Below are positions 15,545 through 22,919 of a stretch of 64,000 nt of DNA, piece by piece. Source of the DNA: Bacteroidota Order II. bacterium (GTDB lineage: Bacteria > Bacteroidota > Rhodothermia > Rhodothermales > UBA2364); assembly GCA_016788705.1 (NCBI GenBank), contig JAEUSQ010000059.1, forward strand, positions 20,449 to 84,448. The letters are read 5' to 3'. The notes under the pieces were generated by a model. The model searched no databases. It was not told the DNA's origin and saw only the letters and a program-made list of their open reading frames with translations. The position numbers and the translations under genes are program-made. The stretch's first letter is position 1; every line of letters begins with the position of its first letter.

Positions 15545-17329
15545 ATGATACGCTCTGCAGGAACACTGCTGTTCGAAACCACCTATCCCGAAGCCGACCA
15601 CAAGCGCGTGATACTGTTTCGGAACCCTATTACCATTTATCAAGCCGCCACATTAACGGAAATACCACATGTGATAGATCAGGTAGAGCAGGCCGTCGAT
15701 GAGGGTTATTTTGTGGCAGGTTTTTTAACGTATGAAGCAGGTTATGCTTTTGTCCCGATTCCTCATACCCCTCCCTTGCCTCCAGTCCTTGCTTGGTTCG
15801 GGGTTTATAACGAACCAGAAAACCAACTACCGGAACCACCCCCAGCGACATTCCAGATGGACCAGCCGCAATTTAACTGGACACCAGACCGCTATGCCAT
15901 GCAGATTGACACCATCCGTGACCTCATCCAGGAGGGAGATGTCTATCAAATCAATTTTACGGGTAAAATGTCATTCCCTTTTCGAGGAGACGCTTTTACC
16001 CTATACCAACAATTACGTCAACAACAAGCTGTGCGTTATAGCGCCTTCATCCAAACCGAAACCCAGACTTTTCTTAGCCTATCACCCGAGCTTTTTTTCC
16101 AGCGAAACGGCCAACAAATTGAAACCCGACCGATGAAGGGGACCATCCAGCGTGGCCGAAATGTTAGGGAAGACCGCCTATTGGCTGACCAACTTCAAAA
16201 AGACGAGAAATCAAGGGCGGAAAACCTGATGATTGTGGATCTTTTGCGCAACGATCTTTCCAAGGTTTGTGTACCAGGTACGGTACGGGTCTCCTCCCTT
16301 TTTGACATAGAAACCTACCGTAGTTTACACCAGATGACCTCGACCATTACAGGAACGTTGTCCGATACCACCACCTATACAGAGCTGTTTCAGGCGCTTT
16401 TCCCTTGTGGTTCGGTAACGGGTGCGCCTAAAAAACGTGCGATGGAGCGCATTGCTTCCTTAGAAACGGAGGCACGAGGCCTGTATTGTGGTTCGGTGGG
16501 ATATATCACCCCAAACCACAAGGCGGTTTTCAGTGTTGCCATCCGAACAGCCGAACTCTCGGAAACACAGGGCACCTTGGGTGTTGGCAGTGGTGTGGTG
16601 TGGGACTCGAATGCACAAGATGAATACGAGGAATGTTTGCTGAAAGCCCGATTCCTTACCGAAACTCCTACGCCCCCTTTTGAACTGATTGAAACCATTC
16701 ACTGGAACCGCATGGGTGCAGTTTTGCTCGCTTATCACATGGAGCGCATGGAACAATCGGCTCTCTATTTCCAAATCCCCTTCCAGAAAAGGGCGTTTTA
16801 TAAACAAATCGCTTCATTTGCCGCTACACCAGCCGCACAGCAACCTTCCCGCCTTCGCATTACCCTAAAACAATCGGGCGAATGGCATCATACCAGCAGC
16901 CCGCTCCTACAAGGGCAGCCACCAATTACACCAAAAATTTGCGTATCCCCTGTACGTACCCAATCCGCAGATCCGTTTTATCAACATAAGACTTCTCACC
17001 GCGCCTTATACGAGGCCGAATGGAGCCGTGCCCTTGCCAATGGTTTTGGCGAAATCATCTTTCTGAACGAAAAAAACATGGTAACAGAAGGCTCACGATC
17101 CAATATTTTTATCCGCCGGAGAGGTCGCTGGCTGACCCCTCCCTGTACCTCCGGGGTTCTCCCTGGTGTTTTCCGACGGTTCATGTTAGAACAATCCCCT
17201 TACGTGTATGAAACCGAACTTACCTTATCCGATTTGGTAAATGCCGAAGAAATCCGCCTTTGCAATGCCATTTGGCAATGGACGCCACCTGTCCAACTTA
17301 TCCTTCCTGATCAACTTGACACCATATAA
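15545..17329 (+). CDS. pabBC: Bifunctional aminodeoxychorismate synthase component I / aminodeoxychorismate lyase (PabB-PabC fusion)
   Basis: 594 aa. The N-terminal ~390 aa form a chorismate-binding enzyme (SPELFF, RPMKGT, AENLMIVDLLRNDL, FPCGSVTGAPK, RGLYCGSVGY). The C-terminal ~200 aa are class-IV aminotransferase/ADC-lyase-like (FYQHKTSHR, VTEGSRSNIF, GVLPGVFR). Confidence 0.85.
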   Translation: MIRSAGTLLFETTYPEADHKRVILFRNPITIYQAATLTEIPHVIDQVEQAVDEGYFVAGFLTYEAGYAFVPIPHTPPLPPVLAWFGVYNEPENQLPEPPPATFQMDQPQFNWTPDRYAMQIDTIRDLIQEGDVYQINFTGKMSFPFRGDAFTLYQQLRQQQAVRYSAFIQTETQTFLSLSPELFFQRNGQQIETRPMKGTIQRGRNVREDRLLADQLQKDEKSRAENLMIVDLLRNDLSKVCVPGTVRVSSLFDIETYRSLHQMTSTITGTLSDTTTYTELFQALFPCGSVTGAPKKRAMERIASLETEARGLYCGSVGYITPNHKAVFSVAIRTAELSETQGTLGVGSGVVWDSNAQDEYEECLLKARFLTETPTPPFELIETIHWNRMGAVLLAYHMERMEQSALYFQIPFQKRAFYKQIASFAATPAAQQPSRLRITLKQSGEWHHTSSPLLQGQPPITPKICVSPVRTQSADPFYQHKTSHRALYEAEWSRALANGFGEIIFLNEKNMVTEGSRSNIFIRRRGRWLTPPCTSGVLPGVFRRFMLEQSPYVYETELTLSDLVNAEEIRLCNAIWQWTPPVQLILPDQLDTI

Positions 17330-17333
17330 TACG

Positions 17334-18077
17334 ATGTTCTTACGTCATCCTCGTTTTTATTTCTGGTTTCTGCTTTCCGTTCTGCCACTCACAGCGACTG
17401 CCCAACAAACCAGAACCTATTATTTAGACAGTGCCGAAGACCTCTTTCGGGCAAACTTAGATATTACTGGCGGCGAAGAACGCTGGCGCGACATTTCTAC
17501 CATCCGCTTGGAAGCCCAGATATCCGGACAAATAGATGACTTCCCGCTGGAAGGTATCCGTATTTCTATCTCCAAATTTCCGGGATACCGCTATGTGGAA
17601 CAACAGGTTCTGAACGGTGGCATCCGAGAAACCTATAAATTACGCTATACACCAGAACGGGCATGGATTGAACAAGACGGGAAAAAGTCCCTTGTCCCAC
17701 AAGATGAAAGTCCTTCCTTGTTGCAGGCCAAAGAAGAGTTGGCCTTTCTCGAAGCAGAAGACCTCGAAATAGAAGCCTTTGAACGGACCTACTTTAACAA
17801 CAAACGGGTATTTAAAGTGGTCTTTACCCGACAGGGAACCACCTACACACGGTACTACGACCGTCAAAATCTTCTTTTGGTGGGCACTGAAACCCCACTT
17901 AATGACGGATCGGTAGTAACAACCTGGTTCAGCGATTACCGCGAAGTGAAGGGACTCTTGTTCCCTTTTCAGATTTCGGTCTTCACTCCCAACGTGGGAG
18001 GACGACAAGTTTACCACATTTCCCGCATTACTCTTAACATTGAAGTGAATGTATCCCAACTTTTTCTTTTCCGATAA
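17334..18077 (+). CDS. Secreted hypothetical protein (possible LolA-like fold)
   Basis: Signal peptide MFLRHPRFYFWFLLSVLPLTATAQQ from the ATG at 17334. The track start at 17241 overlaps pabBC. No recognisable catalytic motifs. Confidence 0.55.
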   Translation: MFLRHPRFYFWFLLSVLPLTATAQQTRTYYLDSAEDLFRANLDITGGEERWRDISTIRLEAQISGQIDDFPLEGIRISISKFPGYRYVEQQVLNGGIRETYKLRYTPERAWIEQDGKKSLVPQDESPSLLQAKEELAFLEAEDLEIEAFERTYFNNKRVFKVVFTRQGTTYTRYYDRQNLLLVGTETPLNDGSVVTTWFSDYREVKGLLFPFQISVFTPNVGGRQVYHISRITLNIEVNVSQLFLFR

Positions 18078-18145
18078 ACATCTTTTTTGTACTTTCCATC
18101 TCAAGACTTTTGCGACCTTAACCCTGCATCCCTCCACCACCCGCT

Positions 18146-19363
18146 ATGCTCGACTTTTTGGGCGATCCTGTTTTTTGGCAGTACCTCAGCATTCCGTTTG
18201 TTGCAGCCTTTGTGGGTTGGTTCACCAATTGGGTAGCCATCCAGTTGCTGTTTTATCCAATTGAGCCCATCGGTAAACCCCCGTTCTTTGGCTGGGTAGG
18301 TATTTTGCCCTCTCGTGCCGAGAAAATGGCCAAAATCACCACCAATAATACCCTTAATAAGGTGGGGACCGTTAAAGAATTGTTCCAATCGCTCGACCCC
18401 GAAAAAATTGCACAACACATCACCAAACTCATTAATCGCCAACTGCCGCTTTATATCGAAGAGATCATCCTCCGAGAAAATCCTACCGTTTGGGAGATGC
18501 TACCAGAAATAGCCAAAAGCCGCATCATAGAAGAAGTGCGCCTTCAGCTACCAGCAACCGTACATCGGATGATGGAAGACCTTTCAATGGAGGTGGAACA
18601 CGTTTTGGACGTACACCACCTTGTGTTGCATCAGGTGCTCAAAGACCGCGCCATTATCAACCGGATATTTCTTTCCTGTGGTCAACAAGAGTTCAACTTT
18701 ATTATTTATTCTGGCGCCATTTTAGGCTTCCTATTTGGCTTGCTTCAGATGACGGCATGGTGGTTTTACCCCACATGGTGGCAACTTCCTGTTTGGGGTA
18801 TTGTTGTCGGCTTTGCCACCAATTGGGTCGCACTCCGGATTATTTTCCAACCCTTGAACCCTGTTCAGATTGGACCTTATGTCTTACAAGGACTTTTCTT
18901 AAAACGCCAACAAGAGGTTGCGGTCTCGTGGTCGGAAATTATTGCGCAAGAAATCCTCACCGTCGAAAACGTGATCCATAATTTATTATATGGGCCTAAA
19001 TCTGACAGATCCCAAATGATTATCAGGAAATACATTCGTAATATTGTGGATGAGGTTTCCGGGATCGCCAAACCCTTGGTGCAATGGCTTGTGGGCCTAG
19101 AACATTACATCCACATGAAAGAAGTTGCCTCGGATCGGGTGATTTCGCTTACCGCCTCGGCCTTGGGGGATACCGAATTTAAGCGCGAAGAAGCAGCCCT
19201 CCTCAAAACCATGTTGTCGGACCGTGTAAAAAGCCTGAGTTCCGAGTCTTTTCAGGACTTCCTACGCCCAGCCTTTCAGGAGGACGAAACCAAACTCGTT
19301 ATCATTGGTGGCATTTTAGGGCTTATCACGGGTATTCTTCAATACTTGGTTACCTTCGGCTGA
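18146..19363 (+). CDS. DUF445-family membrane protein
   Basis: 405 aa. Paired motifs GWFTNWVAIQLLFYP (N-terminal) and GFATNWVALRIIFQP (central) are typical of the DUF445/YheB-like family, and there is a C-terminal TM segment. Confidence 0.7.
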   Translation: MLDFLGDPVFWQYLSIPFVAAFVGWFTNWVAIQLLFYPIEPIGKPPFFGWVGILPSRAEKMAKITTNNTLNKVGTVKELFQSLDPEKIAQHITKLINRQLPLYIEEIILRENPTVWEMLPEIAKSRIIEEVRLQLPATVHRMMEDLSMEVEHVLDVHHLVLHQVLKDRAIINRIFLSCGQQEFNFIIYSGAILGFLFGLLQMTAWWFYPTWWQLPVWGIVVGFATNWVALRIIFQPLNPVQIGPYVLQGLFLKRQQEVAVSWSEIIAQEILTVENVIHNLLYGPKSDRSQMIIRKYIRNIVDEVSGIAKPLVQWLVGLEHYIHMKEVASDRVISLTASALGDTEFKREEAALLKTMLSDRVKSLSSESFQDFLRPAFQEDETKLVIIGGILGLITGILQYLVTFG

Positions 19364-19451
19364 AAATCCGTCTGATCTTTGCGGAGGTTCCTAAACCAGC
19401 TTTCCGTATATTCGAATGTTTATTCCCTAAACCCAACGTTGTGTTACCTTT

Positions 19452-19739
19452 ATGGCAATTGTAATTGAACGCACACACTCCTTTACAATGGAGCAGATGC
19501 GTAAAAAAATGCGCTATGTAATCGAAAAATTACAATCCGAATTAGACCTTACTACTACATGGAAGGGCGATACAGTTCATTTTCACCGCATGGGCATTGA
19601 TGGCACCGTCGTTTTTGACCAGCAAAAATTGAAAATTACGGCCAAAATCCCTTTTTATGTTCCGGTATCGGACGCTTGGCTTAAAAACGAAATTGAATCC
19701 AGAATAGATCACTACTTAAAAGAGGCACCAGAAGCCTAA
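19452..19739 (+). CDS. Putative polyhydroxyalkanoic-acid-system protein (PHA_gran_rgn-like)
   Basis: 95 aa. The pattern IERTHSF...W.GDTVHFHRMGIDGTVVF...LKITAKIPFYV...IESRIDHYL resembles the TIGR02610/PF09650 family. Confidence 0.55.
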   Translation: MAIVIERTHSFTMEQMRKKMRYVIEKLQSELDLTTTWKGDTVHFHRMGIDGTVVFDQQKLKITAKIPFYVPVSDAWLKNEIESRIDHYLKEAPEA

Positions 19740-19758
19740 TCCCTAAATCCTTACCCTA

Positions 19759-20718
19759 ATGGAATACCGCAGACTTGGAAAATCCGGCCTACAAGTGAGC
19801 GTCCTGTCTCTTGGCTCTTGGCTGACCTTTGGGAACCAAATTCCGGACGAGATCGCCGAAGCGCTGATGGTTCATGCCTACGAAGCAGGCGTTAACTTTT
19901 TTGACAATGCAGAAGGCTATGCCAATGGAAATGCTGAACGGGTGATGGGGCGAATTTTTCAGAACCAAAAATGGGAACGATCTTCTTATGTCGTCTCCAG
20001 CAAAGTCTTCTTTGGTGATGGTGGAACCCGGCCCAATCAAACTGGCCTAAGCCGAAAACACCTTGTGGAAGCCTGTCATGCCGCCCTCAAAAGGCTACAA
20101 TTAGACTATTTAGACCTTTACTTCTGCCATCGGCCAGATCCCTCCGTCCCTATGGAGGAAATCGTCTGGACGATGACCCACCTCATACAACAAGGGAAAA
20201 TTTTGTACTGGGGAACCTCGGAGTGGCCTGCGGATCAGATTATGGAGGCACACCTCGTGGCAGCACGCGACCACTTGATTGCTCCCGCCATGGAACAACC
20301 TCAATACAACTTGCTGGAACGGCATCGCATGGAACAAGAATATGCCTTGCTTTTCCAGAAGTACCAAATGGGAACGACCATCTGGTCGCCACTCGCCTCT
20401 GGCCTGCTCACGGGCAAGTATAACAACGGCATTCCACCCGAAGCCCGTATTGCAGGAAAAGACTTAGGCTGGCTCCGAGACTTGGTGATGCAGCAAGACA
20501 ACATAGACAAAGCCACCGCCATCGGAAAAGTGGCACAAGAAGCGGGCCTCTCTATGGTACATCTGGCCATTGCATGGTGTCTCCACAACCCCCATGTCAG
20601 TACGGTCATTCTGGGCGCCTCGCGGGTGGAGCAATTGCGCGAAAACCTAAAGGCATTGTCTGAACGCCCCAAACTCACCGCAGAGGTGTTAGAAAAACTC
20701 GATCTAATTACGAAGTAG
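19759..20718 (+). CDS. Aldo/keto reductase (Kv-beta-subunit-like subgroup)
   Basis: MEYRRLGKSGLQVSVLSLGSWLTFG, FFDNAEGYANGNAE, DLYFCHRPD, YWGTSEW, QPQYNLL. Confidence 0.9.
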   Translation: MEYRRLGKSGLQVSVLSLGSWLTFGNQIPDEIAEALMVHAYEAGVNFFDNAEGYANGNAERVMGRIFQNQKWERSSYVVSSKVFFGDGGTRPNQTGLSRKHLVEACHAALKRLQLDYLDLYFCHRPDPSVPMEEIVWTMTHLIQQGKILYWGTSEWPADQIMEAHLVAARDHLIAPAMEQPQYNLLERHRMEQEYALLFQKYQMGTTIWSPLASGLLTGKYNNGIPPEARIAGKDLGWLRDLVMQQDNIDKATAIGKVAQEAGLSMVHLAIAWCLHNPHVSTVILGASRVEQLRENLKALSERPKLTAEVLEKLDLITK

Positions 20719-20731
20719 TCCACGATTCCCT

Positions 20732-21457
20732 ATGCTTAAATACCCTCGTCTTTTTATTTTTGGTCTTTATGCCAGTGTTGTCTCGACATTAGGCATTGTG
20801 TACTGCCTATTTCGTCCTGTCAATCCGGAGAATACATACGTCTTGGCCCGCTTATTGGGCGGCGGCTTTAAACGCATTCTGGGGATTCGTGTACGGATGA
20901 TCAACCCCGAATACCTAACACAGCAACAACCCAATATCATCATCGGGAACCACCAATCAAATTGGGATATGTTTCTATGGGGATCTTTTGTGCCCAAGCG
21001 TACCGTCTCGGTCGGAAAAAAAGAAATCACCTATATCCCAATCTTCGGTCTGGTGTATTGGCTTGCCGGAAACGTCATCCTGAACCGCCAAAGCCGTGCA
21101 AAATCTACCACCCGAATGGGTCAAGCCGCACAACAAATAAAAGACCTCAATATCTCCTTGGCCATGTTTCCGGAAGGCACGAGAAGCAGAGGCCGGGGTT
21201 TAGGTCCCTTCAAAAAAGGCGCTTTTTTTACCGCCATCGAAGCACAAGTACCGCTGGTCCCCGTCCTAAGTAGTACCTATACTGATCGGCTCAACTTTAA
21301 TCGGGTACATGCAGGTGAAATTATTCTCAAATGTTATCCACCCATCCAGACCAATGGGTTGGAAGTGAAACATCTTAATGAATTGACCGAAAAAACGCGG
21401 GTATTTTTTTTACAGGAATTGGACAAACTGAACAATGGCGCCTATGATGACCTCTAA
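20732..21457 (+). CDS. plsC: 1-acyl-sn-glycerol-3-phosphate acyltransferase
   Basis: NHQSNWD (HX4D motif), FPEGTRSRG, N-terminal TM helix. Confidence 0.85.
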   Translation: MLKYPRLFIFGLYASVVSTLGIVYCLFRPVNPENTYVLARLLGGGFKRILGIRVRMINPEYLTQQQPNIIIGNHQSNWDMFLWGSFVPKRTVSVGKKEITYIPIFGLVYWLAGNVILNRQSRAKSTTRMGQAAQQIKDLNISLAMFPEGTRSRGRGLGPFKKGAFFTAIEAQVPLVPVLSSTYTDRLNFNRVHAGEIILKCYPPIQTNGLEVKHLNELTEKTRVFFLQELDKLNNGAYDDL

Positions 21458-21815
21458 CCCCAACCACGCCTCTACGCCAGAACCCCCCCCTGCACAACCC
21501 GTGCCCCGAAAGAAAAACTACCTTAGCCCATTGAGTGGAGGGCTTATTTTGCTTTTGGATAACCTTCTTTTTGGCTCAGAATTTTTTTCACTTGGGCTTA
21601 ATTTACCGCTAAGCATGACCATAGGCTTCTTGGGTGCGGGCCTTGGTGTTTATTATATACAGCGAAAAAAGGAAGGGGATGGCGGAAAAGCAAGCCTTTT
21701 TAAAGCCCTGATGGCAGGAGCCGTAACCGGATTCCCCACTTCTATCTCTGGCAGTATCGTGGGGACGGGCATTATGCTCCTTTCTGGCCTCTCTTGGTTG
21801 CGAAACAAAAAATGA
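21435..21815 (+). CDS. Small integral membrane protein, unknown function
   Basis: 126 aa. Pro-rich N-terminus followed by 3-4 hydrophobic, Gly-rich segments. Overlaps the plsC stop by 23 nt. Contains a C8 tract at 21483-21490. Confidence 0.5.
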   Translation: MAPMMTSNPNHASTPEPPPAQPVPRKKNYLSPLSGGLILLLDNLLFGSEFFSLGLNLPLSMTIGFLGAGLGVYYIQRKKEGDGGKASLFKALMAGAVTGFPTSISGSIVGTGIMLLSGLSWLRNKK

Positions 21816-21864
21816 CCCATCGCGGTTAAGAACAGATATTACCTCCACCACACATTTCAGATAC

Positions 21865-22626
21865 ATGGCTGTTTTTAATCGGACGATTTCCGACCCTACC
21901 GAGCTTCGTTTTTTACATAGATGGCTCCTTTCCTTGGCGTTACTGCTCTTGGTTGGTACCATTTTTTTTGCAGAAAATCTGGTAACATTTTTCCAACCAA
22001 GCCAACCTGTACAAGTTATTATTGATCCCAACTACCCTATTAAAGACAACGACGGCCGACAAGTCATTAATGACACCTTTCCCCTCAAAACCAATTGGGA
22101 GGTAGCCAGACGGGTCTCAGAAATCCTGAACGATCGTTATAAGGTCTCGGTTCTACTCTCACGAAATGATATGGACGACCTTGCTTCGCCTGCTGAACGG
22201 GCGGCTGTGGCGAACCGAAACAAAGCCCTGCTATTGGTCCGTTTAGATGTGAATGCAGGTGTAGGAAGTGGCTATACCGTCTTTTATACCGATCGTTTCA
22301 AAACCGACAAAGCGGCGTCGCTCGGCCTTGTGGGGCTTAGTCAGAAAGCCGCCTACCTGATAGACCACAACCTTCGCGTTTCATTGAGGGATATGATGGT
22401 GGCGAATGATGTGGCACCAGAACGAGATATCCCCAGTGCCGCCACAGAACGAAGTTCTTGGTTTAGTGAAGTTCCTTCCGTTACCGTCCAAATGGCAACC
22501 CTGACAAATATGTTTGATGCCTTGTACATCAATTCTGAAATGGGCCAAAACAAAACCGCAGAGGTTATTGCACAGAGCATCGTAGCATATCTCCGTGCTA
22601 CCGGAGCACCTGTCACCGCTCTATAG
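21865..22626 (+). CDS. Membrane-anchored Amidase_3 (N-acetylmuramoyl-L-alanine amidase)-like protein with substituted catalytic residues
   Basis: N-terminal TM (WLLSLALLLLVGTIFF). VIIDPNYPIKDNDG aligns with canonical IDPGHGGxDxGA, LLVRLDVNA with SIHxNA, and VPSVTVQMATLTN with PAVLVExGFxSN. Confidence 0.55.
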   Translation: MAVFNRTISDPTELRFLHRWLLSLALLLLVGTIFFAENLVTFFQPSQPVQVIIDPNYPIKDNDGRQVINDTFPLKTNWEVARRVSEILNDRYKVSVLLSRNDMDDLASPAERAAVANRNKALLLVRLDVNAGVGSGYTVFYTDRFKTDKAASLGLVGLSQKAAYLIDHNLRVSLRDMMVANDVAPERDIPSAATERSSWFSEVPSVTVQMATLTNMFDALYINSEMGQNKTAEVIAQSIVAYLRATGAPVTAL

Positions 22627-22812
22627 GGAGAGAAATAGGTCCTCCAGCAGTGCTGGAGATGATTGAAATCCACCCGAACAATACAGACAATGTGTTGATT
22701 CTTATTCAAGTACGTTCAAAAGGATAGTGATTAATCGGTTCAGGCAAGTCTTTTTCCCTGCTGGAGGAACGTTTTGCCAAAAGCTAAAAAGCTATTCCTT
22801 GCATTGTCCCAA

Positions 22813-22842
22813 TTGGTCGCATCAAATAGCCATTTGGTCGCA
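22813..22842 (+). promoter_or_regulatory. Direct repeat TTGGTCGCA-N12-TTGGTCGCA upstream of the TonB-dependent receptor
   Basis: Exact 9-mers at 22813-22821 and 22834-22842 with 21-nt phasing (two helical turns), followed by a partial third copy AATCGCA. About 80 nt upstream of the ATG at 22920. Confidence 0.4.
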
Positions 22843-22919
22843 AATCGCACAACTTTTGTGAACCTACAACCGTTGTTCGCCGTCCACCTTGCAAAATCAA
22901 ACCCAAACCAACACATAAT

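Noticed and set aside
15354-15548. 64-aa ORF upstream of pabBC considered as a stand-alone protein gene
   Set aside because: It has no protein-like features and contains the terminator hairpin. I keep it only as a possible regulatory uORF (from ATG 15411) in the pabBC leader finding.
22627-22919. Possible cobalamin riboswitch upstream of the TonB-dependent receptor (AAATAGG followed by a CTCCAGC/GCTGGAG hairpin, and GAAATCC)
   Set aside because: The B12-box core (GCCACUG) and the conserved GGUG..AAUCC hairpin loop are absent. The element sits directly after the preceding gene's stop and about 250 nt from the receptor start, so it is more likely that gene's terminator hairpin. An Infernal scan with RF00174 would settle it.
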